From the NCBI GenBank assembly GCA_045862955.1, contig BTVI01000051.1:1-19583 (forward strand): a stretch of 19,583 bases of DNA. The letters are read 5' to 3'. How positions within the stretch are numbered: the first letter of the stretch is position 1; the number at the start of each line of letters is the position of its first letter. A program made the position numbers and the translations under genes. The stretch comes from Fimbriimonadales bacterium (lineage in GTDB: Bacteria; Armatimonadota; Fimbriimonadia; Fimbriimonadales; JABRVX01). Of this stretch, positions 1 through 8,314 are shown piece by piece. The notes below the pieces were generated by a model. That model saw only the letters and a program-made list of their open reading frames with translations, was not told the DNA's origin and ran no database searches.

Positions 1-1547
1 CCACGCATGTGGGGATGAACCGTAGTGGAGGGAGGCCTCCGGGCTTACCCTGGAAGACGCCCCACGCATGTGGGGATGAACCGCGAGTCGCATCATTCCC
101 AGACGACTTTCACCTAGACGCCCCACGCATGTGGGGATGAACCGCGATAGAGAGCCTCAAGCATGCCCACCAGCATAGACGCCCCACGCATGTGGGGATG
201 AACCGCTGGTAGGCCCTGCGGCCGAGCCCTACGGCGGAGACGCCCCACGCATGTGGGGATGAACCGCGGGCGCACGGGATAGTCAGCGACGCGGTCAGAG
301 ACGCCCCACGCATGTGGGGATGAACCGCGGCTATCGCGATTGCTACTATCGAAAGTCGCAGACGCCCCACGCATGTGGGGATGAACCGGCCTTGGCGTAT
401 CGCTCATTGGGCGCCTCTTCAGACGCCCCACGCATGTGGGGATGAACCGAAGGAACTAGACGAACAAGCACAAATCATAGCAGACGCCCCACGCATGTGG
501 GGATGAACCGTTTCGCGAGGTGCCTACTGAGTCGCTCATCACAGACGCCCCACGCATGTGGGGATGAACCGGCTGCTGCAGTTAGTATCCCGTTGATGCA
601 CTCAGACGCCCCACGCATGTGGGGATGAACCGAATGAAGAAGCGAGTGTACTACGTCTGGACTTAGACGCCCCACGCATGTGGGGATGAACCGTCTCAGA
701 CGACATAAACGGGGAGCATAGCGGAAGACGCCCCACGCATGTGGGGATGAACCGGACTTCGGTGCGAATACTAGCATCGGTGCTTAAGACGCCCCACGCA
801 TGTGGGGATGAACCGTCATCCGAGTTGTAACCCACCTGGATGTCCACAGACGCCCCACGCATGTGGGGATGAACCGGGCGTATACCTAACATCACCAGTA
901 GATAGTGAAGACGCCCCACGCATGTGGGGATGAACCGCGCGTGCTGGTTTTCGAACACGACTAACTCCAAGACGCCCCACGCATGTGGGGATGAACCGGT
1001 ATAATAGAGGCATGAACAAGCAAACCACACAGACGCCCCACGCATGTGGGGATGAACCGAGGTGCGACTCGAGGCCGGTCGGGTCCCCCATAGACGCCCC
1101 ACGCATGTGGGGATGAACCTACATGCCCCGCCCCACCACTCGGGGAACGGACAGACGCCCCACGCATGTGGGGATGAACCGCCTTTGACGTGTTAGATAT
1201 CCGCAACCTACCAAGACGCCCCACGCATGTGGGGATGAACCGTCGGTAGCTGTGCACTAGCAGTGCTAATCGGCAGACGCCCCACGCATGTGGGGATGAA
1301 CCGCAGTGCGGCGAGAACCAGATGCAGTGACGGTAAGACGCCCCACGCATGTGGGGATGAACCGCGGATGGGCTTCGTCTACCCGGCGAAGCCCGCAGAC
1401 GCCCCACGCATGTGGGGATGAACCGATTTGGTCCGCCCACATCGACGTCCTCTTCGAAGACGCCCCACGCATGTGGGGATGAACCTTGTTATGATTGCGA
1501 CCGCGCCTCCGCTGATTCAGACGCCCCACGCATGTGGGGATGAACCG
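1..1547 (+). CRISPR. Type I-E-like CRISPR array, truncated at the left window edge; repeat AGACGCCCCACGCATGTGGGGATGAACCG
   Basis: Partial repeat at 1-22, then 25 full 29-bp repeats starting at 55, 116, 177 ... 1519 with an exact 61-bp period. The 25 spacers are 32 bp each. The CCCCAC-GCAT-GTGGGG hairpin and ATGAACCG 3' end match the I-E repeat family (E. coli-type GTGTTCCCCGCGCCAGCGGGGATAAACCG). This implies + strand transcription with the leader off-window to the left. No cas genes are visible. Confidence 0.98.
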
Positions 1548-1607
1548 GAACCCATATACTCCGCAGCACGTGCTATTGTATCCGATAGGTGTCTGCCCGG
1601 TCCCCCC

Positions 1608-1696
1608 AAAAAAATCGGCCCGCCTCGGCTCGAGGGGCACACCCACAAGAAGGCACCGAACCCGACGCGTATGCCCCTCGAGCCGAGGCGGGCCGA
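1608..1696 (-). terminator. Long perfect inverted repeat with U-tract, likely terminator of ahcY or a small palindromic element
   Basis: TCGGCCCGCCTCGGCTCGAGGGGCA (1615-1639) is the perfect reverse complement of 1672-1696. The A7 run at 1608-1614 gives a U7 tail on the minus strand. The stem starts about 20 nt after the ahcY stop. Confidence 0.6.
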
Positions 1697-1717
1697 AAAT
1701 CGGGGAAACCAGACAGC

Positions 1718-2989
1718 CTACGTACCGGTGTTCCAGCTGGCGAGGTAGTGTTCTTGCTTCGGGGTGAGGGTGTCCAGAGTGTGGCCGAGGGACTGCAGTT
1801 TGATGCGTGCGATCTCCTTGTCGATCGTTTCCGGCACTGCATACACCTCACACCGGAGGGAGGAGGCGTTCTTCATCAGGTACTCCGCGCACAGCGCCTG
1901 GTTGGCGAAGCTCATATCCATCACCGAAGCTGGGTGTCCCTCCGCAGCCGCGAGGTTGATCAGCCGCCCTTCCCCTAACAGGTACAGCTTGCGGCCGTCG
2001 GGCATCACGTACTCGTCCACGTACTCGCGCACCCGCCGCTTACTAACAGCGAGCCGCTCCAACGTAGGGATATCGATCTCATCGTTGAAGTGGCCGGAGT
2101 TCGCCATCACTGCGCCCGACTTCATGCGCGCGAAGTCCGCCTCGTCCAGCACGTCGCAGTTACCCGTAACGGTGATGAAAACGTCACCCAGCTCGGACGC
2201 GCGATCCATGCTCATCACGGGGAAACCATCCATCACGGCTTCGATTCCCTTCACCGGATCGATCTCCGTCACTACCACGTGAGCACCCAGGCCACGTGCG
2301 CGGTTGGCTACCCCCTTGCCACACCAACCGTAGCCTGCTACCACTACCACACGCCCCGCGAGCAACAGGTTGGTAGCACGCATGATACCGTCCAGCGTGC
2401 TCTGCCCCGTGCCATAGCGATTGTCGAACTGATGCTTCGTCTCGGCATCGTTGACGGCGATGATCGGGTAGCGCAACACCCCGTCCTTAGCCATCGCGCG
2501 CAGTCGGATGACGCCGGTCGTCGTCTCCTCCGTGCCACCGAGGATGCCATCGAGCAGTTCCTGCCTTTCGGAATGGAGCACTCCCACGGTGTCTGCGCCG
2601 TCGTCCATGGTGATGGTAGGTTTGGTATCCAGCACGCTGTGGATGTGACGGTAGTAGGTATCACGGTCTTCGCCCTTGATGCAGAAGGAGGGGATGCCGT
2701 GCTCGGAGACCAGCGCGGCGGCAACGTCGTCCTGTGTCGAGAGCGGGTTGGACGCGCAGCACGCGACCGATGCGCCACCCGCCTTCAGGGTAACGAGGAG
2801 GTTCGCCGTTTCCGTAGTGATATGCAGACAGGCTGCGATCCGCGCTCCCTGCAGCGGGCGCTCCTTTTCGAAGCGCTCGCGAATGCTGCGGAGTACGGGC
2901 ATCTCTTGCGCGGCCCATTCGATGCGGTCCAGCCCCGCTTTGGCCAGACCGAGGTCTTTCACGTCATAATCGGTGTTGGAAACGGACAT
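1718..2989 (-). CDS. ahcY: Adenosylhomocysteinase (SAH hydrolase)
   Basis: 423 aa with the diagnostic motifs [46 protein letters not shown] and [29 protein letters not shown] upstream of the ATG. Confidence 0.98.
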   Translation of the reverse strand: MSVSNTDYDVKDLGLAKAGLDRIEWAAQEMPVLRSIRERFEKERPLQGARIAACLHITTETANLLVTLKAGGASVACCASNPLSTQDDVAAALVSEHGIPSFCIKGEDRDTYYRHIHSVLDTKPTITMDDGADTVGVLHSERQELLDGILGGTEETTTGVIRLRAMAKDGVLRYPIIAVNDAETKHQFDNRYGTGQSTLDGIMRATNLLLAGRVVVVAGYGWCGKGVANRARGLGAHVVVTEIDPVKGIEAVMDGFPVMSMDRASELGDVFITVTGNCDVLDEADFARMKSGAVMANSGHFNDEIDIPTLERLAVSKRRVREYVDEYVMPDGRKLYLLGEGRLINLAAAEGHPASVMDMSFANQALCAEYLMKNASSLRCEVYAVPETIDKEIARIKLQSLGHTLDTLTPKQEHYLASWNTGT

Positions 2990-3061
2990 GGCGCCCTCCG
3001 AAGTGAGTGCGCTGAGTATACCTGCGGGCCCCAGCCAGGGGGCCCGGGAGGGAGGGTAGCG

Positions 3062-3673
3062 ATGAAAGTCCGGCTGCTCCTTGCGAGCTTATTCGTAGCC
3101 ATGGTCGCGTTGGCGCTCGGGCAAGACGCGAGCGATCCGCACGGCATCGCGCCGATCATGCGCGCCAACGACGAAGTGAACCTGCTCACCGACCTCACGC
3201 CCCTGAAGCTGACGAAGGAACAGTATCCGAAGGTAATCGCCCTGCTGAAAGCTTCGCGCGAGAAGTTCGACAAGGAGTTGAAGGCGCTGGAGGCCAAGGA
3301 GGCGGCTTCCGTGAAGCAGCTGAAGCCGAAGGTGGACGAGGCGCACGCGAAGGCCCTGAAGGGTGAGGTGCCACCCGACTCCTACTTCGAAGAGTGGCAG
3401 AAGATGCTCATGAGTCACGCGGTGGACCGGGCGAACCTGAGGATCAGTACCGTGCGCTCTCTGGGCGACGAGTTGAAGAAGGTGTTGACCGAGGAGCAGG
3501 TCAAGTCTGCCATCGCATCGGCGAAGAAGGTGATCACCAAGGCACAGGGTGGCAAGGAGCCTGATCCCACCAAGTACGGGGACAACTCGTTGTTCTGGTA
3601 TTACGTGGAGAACGTGCTGATGAACGATCTGGTGCCGGCGCTATTGGAGAAGCTATCGAAGCCCTCGGAGTGA
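3062..3673 (+). CDS. Hypothetical secreted helical protein, 203 aa
   Basis: ATG at 3062 follows a GGAGG RBS. Signal-peptide-like N-terminus [22 protein letters not shown]-rich helical body and strongly coding-like codon usage. The upstream part of the 2090-3673 ORF is only antisense to ahcY. Confidence 0.85.
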   Translation: MKVRLLLASLFVAMVALALGQDASDPHGIAPIMRANDEVNLLTDLTPLKLTKEQYPKVIALLKASREKFDKELKALEAKEAASVKQLKPKVDEAHAKALKGEVPPDSYFEEWQKMLMSHAVDRANLRISTVRSLGDELKKVLTEEQVKSAIASAKKVITKAQGGKEPDPTKYGDNSLFWYYVENVLMNDLVPALLEKLSKPSE

Positions 3674-5914
3674 GGTGAGCCGGGCAGCGTTCAGAGTGAC
3701 CAGCAGCGACACTCCGACGTCGCCGATAGCCGCCAACCACAACGGCAACACGAAGGGCACGCTGAGCACCACCAAGCCGATCTTCGTTAGAATGGCGAAG
3801 GCGATGTTTTGACGCATAACCGAAGCGGTGCGGCGTGCAAGCCGAATGAGCGTAGGCAGCACCTCGATTCGGTCATCTTTCAGCACTACGTCACCGTGTT
3901 CGATCGCTGCCTCTGCGCCGGTACGCCCCATGGTGACGGAGACCGTAGCTGCCTCCAAGGCGGGCAGGTCGTTGATGCCGTCCCCAACCATGATGACCGT
4001 CTCGGTCTGCGCCAACTGCCGGACGCGCGAGGCTTTGTCTTCGGGCATCAGACCGCCTTCGAACTCTGCGATCTCCACCGCTTTTGCGGCTTCGGCGGTC
4101 GCGCCCTTCTTGTCGCCGCTTAGCAGAAGCACGCGATGGATGCCGAGAGAGCGGAGTTGCGCGATGGACTCCGCCGCCTCGAAGCGGAGGGTGTCGCGAA
4201 GGAGGATACTGCCTACGACCTCGTCGTCTCGAGCGACGTAGACAGCTATCTGGCCGGCCTCGAGTGTGTCTTCCAGCCCGAGCCATGAGCCGCGCCCAAC
4301 CCGCACACGGGCACCATCCACTCGGCCCTCCATGCCGGCGCCCGGTACCACCTTCACGTCGGCTGGGCGGTGAGAGGCCAGACCACGAGACTCGGCTTCT
4401 CGGACGATGGCGGTAGCGGCGGGGTGGCGCGAGTGGGATTCGATGGCAGCTGCTAGGCCTAGCACTTCGTCTTCGGTGTGCGATCCGAGCGGGCGGACTT
4501 CGACCACTTCGAGGGCTGCATACGTGAGAGTCCCTGTCTTGTCGAAGACGGCGGTTCGGGCGCGGGCGAGCGCATCCAATACGGCACCGCCTTTGACGAG
4601 GGCACCGAGGCGTGACGCCGCACCCACCGCTGCTACGACTGCCACCGGAGTGGAGATGACGAGCGCGCATGGACAGGACACGATGAGGAGCCACAGGCTG
4701 CGGCTAATCCACAGGCTCCAGCCCCCGCCACCGACGAGCGGTGGAACGGTGGCAAGCAGCGCGGCAAGCAGGACGACGAGCGGCGTGTACACCGCAGCGA
4801 AGCGATCCACCGTGCTCTGCAAGGGCGCCCTGCGCTCTTCCGATTCCTCGATGCTGCGGATCATCCGAGCCAGCGCGGTGTCTGTCACGCCTCCCGTGAC
4901 GCGGACCTGCACGCTGCCCGACCCGTTCACCGTGCCTGCGAAGACGCGGTCCGAAGGTCCCTTGGATACCGGGATGCTTTCGCCGGTGAGAGCGGATTCG
5001 ACGGCTTCCGTAACGCCCTGAAGGATGACGCCGTCTAACGGGAACAGCTCACCGGGATGAACTTCGATGAGGTCTCCAGGTTGGACCGTTGCTGGGTCCA
5101 CTACCTGCGGGCCCTCGCCGGTGCACAGCCTGGCGCGGTTGGGTGTGAGCGACAGAAGCGCGTCAACTGCCGAACGGGTGCGACGTACCGCCCAGTCCTG
5201 CACCAATCCGCCTAAGGCGGCCAACCAGACCACCGCCGCTGCTTCACTCCAGTGCCCGAGGCCGATTGCACCGGTCACAGCCACCGCCATCAGGACGTTC
5301 GTGTTCGCGGTGCGTCGCTTCAGCGAGGCAAGCGCGCCCTGGAAGATGGACAGGCCCTCGACTGCGACGACCGGCAGCAGGAGTAGCCATGCCAGCGGCC
5401 ACTGCACGTACTCGGCGATGCTACCGGCTGCCAGCAGCGCGCCGGTTAATGCAAGTCGAAATGCAGGGGAGAACGTGGGTGTGATGCCCGCGCCGACCGG
5501 CGCGAAACCGGCACGCCGGACAGCCTCGGCAATTCCGCCCGCCCCGATGCGGGCGCTGTCGTACTCGACGAAGAGCTTCTTGGATGTGTAGCTTACGGAA
5601 GCGTGGTTGACCCCCGGCAGGTCGGCTACCGCCTTCTCCACCTTCTCGGCGCAGGAAGGACAGTCGAGGCCCGTCAGGCGCAGCGTCTCGTGCACGACGC
5701 CGTCGGACACCCCGGCGCCGACGCGACCGAGTTGCTCCCGCCAGGTCTCGTTGCTACCGTCGGTATCCACGTCAGCGGAGCGACGGTCCAACGCGGGGCG
5801 AATCGATTGTACGCCTCGAACGCGCTGGGCGCGCTCTAGGAAACGGTCGAGGCAAGCGTCACACTGGGCCGCGGTCGGGACCGACTGGGAGAGATCGAAT
5901 TGCTCGGTTGCCAA
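3653..5914 (-). CDS. Heavy-metal-translocating P1B-type ATPase (ZntA/CadA-like, Zn/Cd/Pb)
   Basis: HMA motif GLDCPSC plus an extra N-terminal CDAC, LTGES, transmembrane SCPCAL, DKTGT, SRHP and GDGIND. The Lys in TM7 and Asp in TM8 (GDVG) fit subclass P1B-2. The TTG start directly abuts the regulator's TAA. Confidence 0.95.
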   Translation of the reverse strand: MATEQFDLSQSVPTAAQCDACLDRFLERAQRVRGVQSIRPALDRRSADVDTDGSNETWREQLGRVGAGVSDGVVHETLRLTGLDCPSCAEKVEKAVADLPGVNHASVSYTSKKLFVEYDSARIGAGGIAEAVRRAGFAPVGAGITPTFSPAFRLALTGALLAAGSIAEYVQWPLAWLLLLPVVAVEGLSIFQGALASLKRRTANTNVLMAVAVTGAIGLGHWSEAAAVVWLAALGGLVQDWAVRRTRSAVDALLSLTPNRARLCTGEGPQVVDPATVQPGDLIEVHPGELFPLDGVILQGVTEAVESALTGESIPVSKGPSDRVFAGTVNGSGSVQVRVTGGVTDTALARMIRSIEESEERRAPLQSTVDRFAAVYTPLVVLLAALLATVPPLVGGGGWSLWISRSLWLLIVSCPCALVISTPVAVVAAVGAASRLGALVKGGAVLDALARARTAVFDKTGTLTYAALEVVEVRPLGSHTEDEVLGLAAAIESHSRHPAATAIVREAESRGLASHRPADVKVVPGAGMEGRVDGARVRVGRGSWLGLEDTLEAGQIAVYVARDDEVVGSILLRDTLRFEAAESIAQLRSLGIHRVLLLSGDKKGATAEAAKAVEIAEFEGGLMPEDKASRVRQLAQTETVIMVGDGINDLPALEAATVSVTMGRTGAEAAIEHGDVVLKDDRIEVLPTLIRLARRTASVMRQNIAFAILTKIGLVVLSVPFVLPLWLAAIGDVGVSLLVTLNAARLTSLRGLR

Positions 5915-6244
5915 TTAGTGCGCCTCCGCCACGTGGTCCAAGCCTTGCTGCACCAGTCGCCGGACGTGCTCGTCGTCCGCAGTGTAGTACACGTGCTTCC
6001 CTTCCCTGCGAGAGCGGACAAGGCGCAGTGCCCGAAGGAGCCTAAGTTGGTGGGAGCAGTTAGAAGGGGTGATGCCAAGTGCTTCGGACAGCTCGCAGAC
6101 GCACAACACGTCGTTGGCCAAAGCGGAGACGATGCGCAGCCGGGTTGGGTCACCCAGTGCAGCGAAAATGTCTGCCAGCTGGGAGATTTGGGCCTCGGTG
6201 GGCGGTGAGCCGGTTTTCTCGCGTGGTCGAGTCAAGCTGGACAT
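5915..6244 (-). CDS. ArsR/SmtB-family metalloregulatory repressor
   Basis: FAALGDPTRLRIV, LCVCEL, SHQLRLLR and REGKHVYY motifs. An alpha5 site D-x-H-x10-H-x2-E is present (DEHVRRLVQQGLDHVAE). Confidence 0.95.
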   Translation of the reverse strand: MSSLTRPREKTGSPPTEAQISQLADIFAALGDPTRLRIVSALANDVLCVCELSEALGITPSNCSHQLRLLRALRLVRSRREGKHVYYTADDEHVRRLVQQGLDHVAEAH

Positions 6245-6262
6245 ATGAACACCTGTTCATAT
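6243..6262. promoter_or_regulatory. SmtB/ArsR-type operator palindrome
   Basis: Perfect 9-2-9 inverted repeat ATATGAACA-CC-TGTTCATAT overlapping the regulator's start codon. It contains the TGAA-N6-TTCA core typical of SmtB/ZiaR/CzrA operators. Confidence 0.85.
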
Positions 6263-6331
6263 ATTCATACCACATTCTCGGCTGGTAGTTGCCCGTAGCA
6301 CCGCGGGGATTGGAGTCCTGGGGCGAGAGGC

Positions 6332-6787
6332 CTAGCTCTCGGTCCGGCTCGCGATAAGCTCCGCGACTTTGGTGAGCAGCTCTTCGTCGGACTGGTCGAA
6401 TGCGCCGACTTCGTGTCCGTCGGCATCAATCTGGCCGAGGATGCTGCCATCGGAGCTGCGGATTAGGACGACGATTTCGGATCGCGTTTCTAGGCTGCAG
6501 GCTAGGTAGTTTTCTAGCTCTCGCACGTCAGCGACTAGCTGATTGCGCCCCTCGGCGACAGCCGTGCCACAGACGCCCCTGCCGACCGGGATGACCGTAT
6601 GCTCGGTGGGGGCTCCAACGAAGGGCCCGAGTTCGAGGCGGTTACCCCGCAGCCAATACACGCCGACCCAATCGTAGTTGGGAAGTGCCGCCAAGCGTTT
6701 CATGCACCGCGCTACGAAGTCGTCCCCTCGGGATGGCAGCGCTCGGAGGTCGTCTACCAGTTGCTCGACCTGCTCGGGATTGACCAT
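6332..6787 (-). CDS. GAF-domain protein, free methionine-R-sulfoxide reductase (fRMsr/MsrC)-like, 151 aa
   Basis: YDWVGVY, LGPFVG, IPVGRGVCGTAV, YLACS..TRSEIVV and GQIDAD motifs. The real start is probably ATG 6787 (MVNPEQ), because the longer ORF extends into the repeat. Confidence 0.85.
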   Translation of the reverse strand: MVNPEQVEQLVDDLRALPSRGDDFVARCMKRLAALPNYDWVGVYWLRGNRLELGPFVGAPTEHTVIPVGRGVCGTAVAEGRNQLVADVRELENYLACSLETRSEIVVLIRSSDGSILGQIDADGHEVGAFDQSDEELLTKVAELIASRTES

Positions 6788-6874
6788 GGCGCAAGTGTAC
6801 CGGTGGGCGGACGCGACGAGCCTGTTGCTCGTGCACTTTCGACGAGCTCGACGTGGGGCACCGGAGATCTCACG

Positions 6875-7276
6875 CAGAGAACGCAGAGAGCACGCGAAGA
6901 GCGCAGATAAGGGGCGAAGCTCACTGGCGAGGCGATCCGAGTCCCGCCGCTCGCGGCAGCAGGGGCGAGCAGCCGTGGGCATGGGTCTACCCCTCTCAGC
7001 GCTCTCCGCGATCCGCTTCGCGTTCTTAGCGAGAAACTTCCGGACGGAATGGGCCGGGGAGGTCGCCCAGAGAACGCAGAGAACACGCGAAGAGCGCAGA
7101 TAAGGGGTGAAGCTCAGTGGCGAGGCGATCCGATTCCCACCGCTCGCGGCAGCAGGGGCGAGCCAGCCGTGGGCATGGGTCTACCCCTCTCAGCGCTCTC
7201 CGCGATCCGCTTCGCGTTCTTAGCGAGAATCTTTCGGACGGGATGGGCCGGGGGTGTCGCCCAGAGAACGCAGAGA
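6875..7276. repeat. Tandem duplication of a ~193-bp element with CAGAGAACGCAGAG ends
   Basis: Units start at 6875 and 7068, with a 15-bp stub at 7262, all beginning CAGAGAACGCAGAGA. The two full copies differ at only a few positions. Confidence 0.92.
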
Positions 7277-7518
7277 TGAGGTTCAGCCCGGCACTTCTAG
7301 CGCGGTCCACTCGTCGTGTAGGAGCAGGCACTGGTGATGCACCCACTCATGCTCCCGAACGGCAACGCCGAGGCCTCGTCGCGCTCTCTATGACCTCCTT
7401 CGCGTCCTCAATGTGATTCCCTCGATGGGGAACGCTCCAGATGGCACGCCGAGAGCGCAAAGAATGCGCGGGGGTCGAGGAAGTGAGACGGACGGCGTCA
7501 CCGGCGGAGGCAAGCGAA

Positions 7519-7596
7519 TGGTCGGGGCGACTGGACTCGAACCAGCGACCTCTTGCACCCCATGCAAGCGCGCTAGCCAAACTGCGCCACGCCCCG
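7519..7596 (-). tRNA. tRNA-Pro(GGG)
   Basis: Minus strand reads CGGGGCGTGGCGCAGTTTGGCTAGCGCGCTTGCATGGGGTGCAAGAGGTCGCTGGTTCGAGTCCAGTCGCCCCGACCA. It has the acceptor stem CGGGGCG/CGCCCCG, anticodon arm CTTGC-ATGGGGT-GCAAG, a GTTCGA T-loop and an encoded CCA. Confidence 0.97.
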
Positions 7597-7734
7597 ACCT
7601 TTGTTGCGCTGCCGTACCGCAGACACGATAAGGATGGCACATTTGGGCGCCGATGTCTACACCCTTTCATCCTTGCCCGAGTCCTCGGTGCCGCCGGAAG
7701 GCTCAGAGGCTCAACCCTGGGAGTGCGCCATCCG

Positions 7735-7773
7735 TATAATCCGGTAGCGCGCACGAGCGCCCGGAGGGCAATC
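7735..7773 (+). promoter_or_regulatory. -10 box and Shine-Dalgarno of the small ORF
   Basis: Consensus TATAAT at 7735-7740 in GC-rich DNA. GGAGG at 7763-7767, 6 nt before ATG 7774. Confidence 0.65.
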
Positions 7774-7932
7774 ATGGCAGACATTCTCATCGTCTTCGTG
7801 GCGGCAGCGGCGGTGCTCTGGATCCTCAGTCGCGTCGGGACAGGCTTCTCCTGAGGGCTCGGCTCATGCGGGGGGTCACCCCGCGACGCCGAGAGCGACG
7901 AGGCAAGCGATGCGGATCGTCGAGCTTCCTAG
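7774..7932 (+). CDS. Candidate small membrane selenoprotein, 52 aa: MADILIVFVAAAAVLWILSRVGTGFS-U-GLGSCGGSPRDAESDEASDADRRAS
   Basis: Promoter and RBS are present, followed by a hydrophobic N-terminal helix. The in-frame TGA at 7852-7854 has a Cys five residues later, and the frame continues to TAG 7930-7932. A SECIS-like hairpin follows the TGA. Without readthrough the product is a 26-aa peptide. Confidence 0.68.
7858..7893 (+). promoter_or_regulatory. Putative bacterial SECIS element
   Basis: Upper stem GCGGGG (7868-7873)/CCCCGC (7879-7884) with apical loop GGUCA. Lower stem CUCGGC (7858-7863)/GCCGAG (7888-7893). The loop begins 20 nt after the UGA. Confidence 0.62.
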
Positions 7933-7952
7933 CGCGGGAGAATAACCACACG

Positions 7953-7990
7953 GCGGCGGTCGGAGGAGGTACGCCTCCTCCTGCCGCCGC
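7953..7990. terminator. GC-rich hairpin after the small ORF (terminator-like, no U-tract)
   Basis: GGAGGAGG-TACG-CCTCCTCC (7962-7981), extended by GCGGCGG/CCGCCGC. It lies about 20 nt after the TAG at 7932. Confidence 0.5.
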
Positions 7991-8314
7991 TCATCGAGTT
8001 CGGTGCGCCCAGGGATACGCTTGGTCAGAGTGAACCATGGGGCTCCGCTCTCTGCACCAGGTCGGTGGACGCTGCGGCCTTAGGACAACAAAGCACAGCA
8101 GAAAACGAGAGAAGGTCATACTCTATGAAATCGTGATTTCCGCTCGTGAGCCATTGATTGTGGTTGTCGCAACGGTACCCGATACATCTGGGACAAGCAT
8201 ACTGGGCGCGTTGTTCCCATCTGACCTGCCGAGCGGGTCCGCGTTTTGTGAAAACCTGTGCGATCCGCCTGCCACGCTCTGTGTCGTCGACCGCCCCGCG
8301 GTAGAATGCACGGC

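Noticed and set aside
23..1518. Self-targeting or duplicated spacers
   Set aside because: None noticed by eye within this window. An exhaustive alignment was not possible.
110..1646. Minus-strand ORFs with recurring VHPHMRGAS / GSSPHAWGV / RFIPTCVGRL
   Set aside because: These are translations of the CRISPR repeat in three frames, not genes.
2090..3061. N-terminal extension making a 527-aa ORF (2090-3673)
   Set aside because: Antisense shadow of ahcY. The RBS and signal peptide place the real start at 3062.
2990..3061. SAH riboswitch upstream of ahcY
   Set aside because: Only 72 bp between divergent genes. There is a CGGGCCCC/GGGGCCCG hairpin (3025-3046) and a TATACT box, but I cannot find the conserved GAGGAGCG...AGGCTC core of the SAH riboswitch.
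6754..7416. ORFs spanning the 193-bp repeats
   Set aside because: Repeat-derived, Arg/Pro-rich, with no recognisable domain or RBS.
7280..7518. Integrated island or att site at the tRNA-Pro 3' end, or a gene remnant (HIEDAKEVIES)
   Set aside because: No integrase and no duplicated tRNA 3' end seen in the window. The peptide similarity is too short to support.
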